Of a stretch of DNA of 45,801 nucleotides, positions 41,606 through 45,801 are shown piece by piece; within the stretch, counting starts at the first letter, position 1, and every line of letters begins with the position of its first letter. The stretch comes from Candidatus Omnitrophota bacterium. GTDB lineage: Bacteria > Omnitrophota > Gorgyraeia > Gygaellales > Profunditerraquicolaceae. The stretch spans positions 1 to 45,801 of the forward strand of contig JBAZNG010000002.1 in assembly GCA_041649385.1 (NCBI GenBank). Reading direction: 5' to 3'. Position numbers and translations under genes: made by a program. Under the pieces are notes generated by a model. The model did not search any database and had not been told where the DNA came from. It saw only the letters and a list, made by a program, of their open reading frames with translations.

Positions 41606-42376
41606 TTATCTTATGATCAACCAAAAAACCAGGGCTATGAATATACGGTATACGCCAAAGGATATGAAACTATGCCGCTTGATAAAAGCCAACAAAAATT
41701 TTATTGTGACAGCCGCGACAAGGAAAGAAACTACAAACCCCAGGCCAAGTGAAAGGAAATCACCGCGCGTAAAAACATGCGCGCTCTTATAAAGATCCAG
41801 GGAAACAGCCGCCAGCACCGTGGGTATTGCCAATAAAAATGAAAACTCCACGATTGTTTTTCGTTTTAAACCGGCTAAAAGCCCGCCGATGATCGTTGCC
41901 GCTGAGCGTGATACGCCCGGGATCATGGCAAAACACTGAAAAAAACCGATGCATAAAGCCTGGGGGTAGCTGATCGCTGAAAGCTCATCAATATCCGTGG
42001 GTTTTTCCCGGTGCAGCAACTCAAATACTATTAAAAAAATACCCCCTAAAAACAGCGACCAAAGCACGATACCATTATTGCCCAGAAGGTGTTCTTTGAC
42101 CAGTTTATATAGAAAAACGCCGATCACGCCTGCGGGAATGAAAGCGATAAAAAGTTTCTTCCAGATATCAATACCATTGACAAGCTTTCGCCAGTACAAA
42201 ACCACCACGGAGATTATCGCCCCCAGCTGGATGGAGATCTCAAAGCTCTTGGCGAACTCCGACTGGCTTAGATTAAGTAGTTTTGCCGCAAGCATCAGGT
42301 GGCCGGTAGAGGATATCGGTAAGAATTCAGTTACTCCCTCTATTAAACCAAGGACCAAAACTTGCAGGATACCCAT
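41606..42376 (-). CDS. uppP: undecaprenyl-diphosphate phosphatase
   Basis: 256 aa with EGVTEFLPISSTGHL and PGVSRSAATI motifs. Confidence 0.9.
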   Translation of the reverse strand: MGILQVLVLGLIEGVTEFLPISSTGHLMLAAKLLNLSQSEFAKSFEISIQLGAIISVVVLYWRKLVNGIDIWKKLFIAFIPAGVIGVFLYKLVKEHLLGNNGIVLWSLFLGGIFLIVFELLHREKPTDIDELSAISYPQALCIGFFQCFAMIPGVSRSAATIIGGLLAGLKRKTIVEFSFLLAIPTVLAAVSLDLYKSAHVFTRGDFLSLGLGFVVSFLVAAVTIKFLLAFIKRHSFISFGVYRIFIALVFWLIIR

Positions 42377-42384
42377 AAAAACTC

Positions 42385-43014
42385 CTAATTGCAGTGCTCT
42401 TCCAGAAATTTCTGCATATCCGGGGGTAAAGGCGAACTTACTATAACGGCATTGCCTGTCCAGGGATGTTTAAAACTTAAATACCCGGCGTGCAGGCAAA
42501 CCCTCTTGGCGCGCAATAGAAAATCCTTACGGAAGGCAAACTTGCTTTCGCCGACCAAAGGATGCCCGATCTTTTTGAAATGTATGCGGATCTGGTTAGT
42601 CCTCCCGGTCAAAGGAGTCACTTCTATAATGCTAAAATTACTTAAAACCCGGGTCACCTTGTATTTTGTTAAAGCATTCTTGCCTTCCAAGGGAAAATTT
42701 ATCTGGCCAACCTGCTGAGACAGCGATCCTTGCACAAAAGCAATGTATTGCTTATGCACAGCTCTTTCTTTGAACATCTGCATCATTTTTTCCTGCTGTG
42801 CCTTTCCTTTGGCGTAAATGATCAAACCGGATGTCTCACGGTCTAAACGGTGGCAGGGATGCAGCTTGTAAGCAATATGCCTATCCCCTAAATCATCGTT
42901 CAATATACCGGTGAGCGTGCGTTTTCCGGCGCAACCGTCAGGCACGCTTAACAAACCCGCCGGTTTATCCGCGATGAGCAACCAGTTGTCTTCATAGGCA
43001 ACCGGTATATTCAT
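42385..43014 (-). CDS. RluA-family pseudouridine synthase
   Basis: 209 aa with HRLDRETSGL, which contains the catalytic Asp, and GRTNQIR. Confidence 0.85.
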   Translation of the reverse strand: MNIPVAYEDNWLLIADKPAGLLSVPDGCAGKRTLTGILNDDLGDRHIAYKLHPCHRLDRETSGLIIYAKGKAQQEKMMQMFKERAVHKQYIAFVQGSLSQQVGQINFPLEGKNALTKYKVTRVLSNFSIIEVTPLTGRTNQIRIHFKKIGHPLVGESKFAFRKDFLLRAKRVCLHAGYLSFKHPWTGNAVIVSSPLPPDMQKFLEEHCN

Positions 43015-43932
43015 CTAAACAATCTCCAGCATGCGGTCAATGGCCAGTTTTGCCTTGCGCCGTATATCCGCGCTTATCCTAACTTCCTCTTTAAGCTCCT
43101 CTAAAGCCCAGAGCACCTTCTCCTGGGTCGTGCGTTTCATATTCGGGCACACCGCGCGTTCGCTGGCAGCATAAAACTCCTTACCCGGATTATCCGCCTT
43201 AAGCCGGTAAACCAGGCCTGTCTCCGTGCCGACGATAAATTCTCGCGCCGTGCTTTCTTTTGCCAATTTTGACATCTGCCCCGTAGAGATCACCGCGTCA
43301 GCAAGCGCGGCGACAGAAGAAAGGCACTCCGGATGCACCATAACTTTGGCGTGGGCATGGAACCTCTTTTCGCGCAGGACATCTTCCGGCAGGATCTTTA
43401 CGTGCGTCGGACAAAATGCGTTCCAGGTGATCAATTTTCTGCCGGTTTGTTTGGAGACATATTCCGCCAGGTATTTGTCGGGGATAAAAATAATCTCCTT
43501 TTTGTCTTTTAAGGCATTCACCACCGCTACGGCATTGCTGGAAGTGCAGCAATAATCCAGCTCTGCCTTGACTTCCGCGGAAGTATTCACATACCCTATT
43601 GACACAGCCTGGGGGTATTTAGCTTTGAGTTTCCTTAAGTCGTCGGCATTAATCATATCAGCCATGGGGCACGACGCTGAGGCGTCCGGCATGATCACTA
43701 ATTTTTCCGGAGAAAGCACTTTAGCTGTTTCGGCCATAAAATGCACTCCACAGAAAACAATTACCTGCGCTTCTGTCTTTGCGGCGATCCTGGAAAGTTC
43801 TAAGCTGTCGCCACGGAAATCTGCGATATCCTGCACTTCAGGCAGCTGGTAATTATGCGCCAGGATTACCGCGTTGCGTTTTTTTTTCAGTTCCTTGATT
43901 CTTTTAATCAACTGTTTATCTTCTTTAATCAT
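43015..43932 (-). CDS. nadA: quinolinate synthase
   Basis: 305 aa with ILAHNYQ, CGVHFMAETA, CPMA and HPEC motifs. Confidence 0.9.
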   Translation of the reverse strand: MIKEDKQLIKRIKELKKKRNAVILAHNYQLPEVQDIADFRGDSLELSRIAAKTEAQVIVFCGVHFMAETAKVLSPEKLVIMPDASASCPMADMINADDLRKLKAKYPQAVSIGYVNTSAEVKAELDYCCTSSNAVAVVNALKDKKEIIFIPDKYLAEYVSKQTGRKLITWNAFCPTHVKILPEDVLREKRFHAHAKVMVHPECLSSVAALADAVISTGQMSKLAKESTAREFIVGTETGLVYRLKADNPGKEFYAASERAVCPNMKRTTQEKVLWALEELKEEVRISADIRRKAKLAIDRMLEIV

Positions 43933-43936
43933 AAAA

Positions 43937-45004
43937 TCAAAATATCCTTTCTATGATACCTCCGCCTAAAACTGTGCCTCGTAAATAAAATACTGCGGAT
44001 TGGCCGGGAGTTATAGCGAATTGCGGCTTGTGAAAAATAACCCTGAATTTGTCTTTAACAGGATAGATATCTGCTTTTGCTTCTTTATGATTATACCTTA
44101 TACGCACCTTAATCTCAACTTTCTTTTTAAAAGGCTGCCCGGTGGTAAAATGCACGCTATTCAGCAGGCAATCTAAAGCATACGCCTCCTGCCTGGGCCC
44201 CACAACAACCAGGTTCTCCTTCTGACGGATACCCGTCACATATAAAGGATGTTTCGCAGCGATACCCAACCCCTGGCGTTGGCCGATAGTATAGAAAGCC
44301 GCACCCTGGTGTCGGCCCAGCAGTTTTCCCTGCCGGTCGACTATTGCGCCTGGTTTGAACGACCCTTTAGATGAGGATTTTAAAAAATCCCGGTAATCAT
44401 TACCGGGAAGAAAGCATACTTCCTGGCTGTCTGGCTTTTGCGCCACAGGTAATCCAAGCGCCCCTGCCAGGCGGCGGACTTCTTCCTTATAATAACCGCC
44501 CAGCGGCAATAACGTGTATTTTAACTCATCCTGGCCTAACCGGTATAAGAAATACGACTGGTCTTTGCGCAAATCCCTGGCCTTCTTAAGCAACCAGCCG
44601 CTTTTTCCTTTAGCAATCTTTGCGTAATGGCCCGTGGCCAGAAAATCCGCCCCCAAAGCGCGCGCTTTTCTAAGCAAAGAGCCGAATTTGATGAACTGGT
44701 TGCAGCGCACACAGGGGTTAGGCGTAAACCCGGCTAAATACTCGCCGCGAAAATTATCGATCACTTCTTTCTGAAAAACCTTCTGCAAGTTCAATACGTA
44801 ATGCTTGATGCCTAATAGATGCGCCACCCTGCGGGCGTCCTCTATGCCCGAGAGGCCGCAACAACCGGGTTTCTTGCCGCCTGTTTCAGCTACGTTAAAA
44901 CACATAGTGATCCCGATGGTTTCAAAACCTTTTTTCTGTAATAAGGCGGCGGCTACTGAAGAATCCACGCCACCACTCATTGCCACAAATACGCGTTTTT
45001 TCAT
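43937..45004 (-). CDS. mnmA: tRNA 2-thiouridine(34) synthase
   Basis: 355 aa with VAMSGGVDSSVAA (PP-loop), NPCVRCN and DQSYFL motifs. Confidence 0.92.
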   Translation of the reverse strand: MKKRVFVAMSGGVDSSVAAALLQKKGFETIGITMCFNVAETGGKKPGCCGLSGIEDARRVAHLLGIKHYVLNLQKVFQKEVIDNFRGEYLAGFTPNPCVRCNQFIKFGSLLRKARALGADFLATGHYAKIAKGKSGWLLKKARDLRKDQSYFLYRLGQDELKYTLLPLGGYYKEEVRRLAGALGLPVAQKPDSQEVCFLPGNDYRDFLKSSSKGSFKPGAIVDRQGKLLGRHQGAAFYTIGQRQGLGIAAKHPLYVTGIRQKENLVVVGPRQEAYALDCLLNSVHFTTGQPFKKKVEIKVRIRYNHKEAKADIYPVKDKFRVIFHKPQFAITPGQSAVFYLRGTVLGGGIIERIF

Positions 45005-45057
45005 GGAGTTTATTATAACATACCTGGATCAAACCGCTAAATCTTAAAGATAACGAT

Positions 45058-45090
45058 AAAAAAAGGCCCGACATTTTCATGCCGGGCCGG
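45058..45090 (-). terminator. terminator of the second csp gene
   Basis: The minus strand reads GGCCCGGC-ATGAAAAT-GTCGGGCC followed by a T-run. Confidence 0.6.
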
Positions 45091-45109
45091 GTGTTTCCTT
45101 GTTAAAGGC

Positions 45110-45310
45110 TTATAACTTGACTACTTTAGTAGCCTGTTCGCCTTTAGGACCTTTTTCGATATCAAACTCTACTTCCTGGCCCTCCTCTAAAGTCTTATAG
45201 CCATCACCCTGTATGGCGGTATGATGTACGAATACATCTGCACCGTTCTCAGGAGTAATAAACCCATAACCTTTTTGGTTGGAAAACCACTTTACTTTAC
45301 CTTTTGCCAT
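45110..45310 (-). CDS. cold-shock protein (CspA family), second copy
   Basis: I prefer the start [18 protein letters not shown] (66 aa), which is preceded by AAGGAGG. The track ORF's 15-aa N-terminal extension is unlikely to be real. Confidence 0.9.
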   Translation of the reverse strand: MAKGKVKWFSNQKGYGFITPENGADVFVHHTAIQGDGYKTLEEGQEVEFDIEKGPKGEQATKVVKL

Positions 45311-45434
45311 TTGTTCTGCTTCCTCCTTTCCACAAAATTTAGTAAATAACGGCAAGAAACAAAAAAACCGTAAGGTACTTGACTCTTTCTCCTTACGGTT
45401 AAAGACTTCTTTTCCCTTATTTACTACTTGAGTA

Positions 45435-45462
45435 AGTATACACTAACAAACAACTTTGTCAA
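45435..45462 (-). promoter_or_regulatory. sigma70-type promoter of the second csp (TTGACA-16-TATACT)
   Basis: On the minus strand TTGACA lies at 45457-62 and TATACT at 45435-40, leaving a long 5' UTR. Confidence 0.45.
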
Positions 45463-45554
45463 CAAAAAAATAGCTATTTTTTCTCTTATAATGGGCGATC
45501 TTACTGGATAAACCAGCTCAATATTCTTCGGCGGAGCAAAAAATAAAACAATAA

Positions 45555-45800
45555 TTATTTCAAGCTATCTATGGATTTAAGGTTAAAATAACCCAGGACT
45601 TTTACTTTTGCCTTGGATTTAGCCACCAGCCAATCATGGTATTTACGCATGAACCGGTCGTGATCAGCTTTTTCCTTCCACTGGTAGACTGAAATATATT
45701 GGCCGGGGTACGCATAACGCTTCATCGTATGATACGAGATGAACCCTCTGGCTTTCTTGGTGAAGCCTGCCCAGATCAGGCTGTCGCGGCGATATTTAGC
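45555..45800 (-). CDS. hypothetical protein, partial (N-terminus outside the window)
   Basis: Manual translation gives ...AKYRRDSLIWAGFTKKARGFISYHTMKRYAYPGQYISVYQWKEKADHDRFMRKYHDWLVAKSKAKVKVLGYFNLKSIDSLK*. It may be a dimeric alpha-beta-barrel (ABM-like) protein, unverified. Confidence 0.4.
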   Translation of the reverse strand, partial: AKYRRDSLIWAGFTKKARGFISYHTMKRYAYPGQYISVYQWKEKADHDRFMRKYHDWLVAKSKAKVKVLGYFNLKSIDSLK

Positions 45801-45801
45801 C

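Overview
This is a 45.8-kb bacterial chromosomal window, cut at both ends inside genes, with almost all genes on the minus strand. All functional calls come from reading motifs in the supplied translations and the DNA. No database search, RNA folding or statistics were run.

Left flank (1-21.7 kb) is housekeeping: ispE (partial), a split transketolase, a TPR protein, hisG, a GH94-like glycoside phosphorylase, a SAM methyltransferase, an initiator-type tRNA-Met with a GIY-YIG mini-cassette at its 5' end, ftsB-eno, an FtsH-like protease, purN, an rnf cluster in the unusual order C-G-D-E-A-B, an MFS transporter, tRNA-Thr, a GC-rich non-coding segment of about 250 nt with a long closing helix, and a cold-shock gene.

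Centre (21736-31613) is a visibly AT-rich integrative island of about 9.9 kb inserted into the 3' end of tRNA-Phe and bounded by a 17-bp direct repeat. It carries:
- a tyrosine integrase, an excisionase-like HTH and an XRE regulator
- a two-gene module of unknown function (246 aa plus a 149-aa membrane protein)
- an 825-aa TIR / degenerate P-loop / TPR protein
- a co-directional REase-Vsr-Dcm-(DCTPP1/MazG-like) block
- a winged-helix protein

The island is the best candidate for an undescribed defence arrangement.

Right flank (31.7-45.8 kb) contains an NSS transporter operon with a structured, repeat-bearing leader. Next comes a four-gene overlapping string: GH1, then a CAP-like/ParA-like/patatin fusion, a lipoprotein and a small MazG-like protein. 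Housekeeping genes follow: MFS, YqeY, PfkB kinase, uppP, rluA-type, nadA, mnmA and a second csp.

Several small repeat and hairpin families are visible. One copy sits in frame inside the integrase gene.
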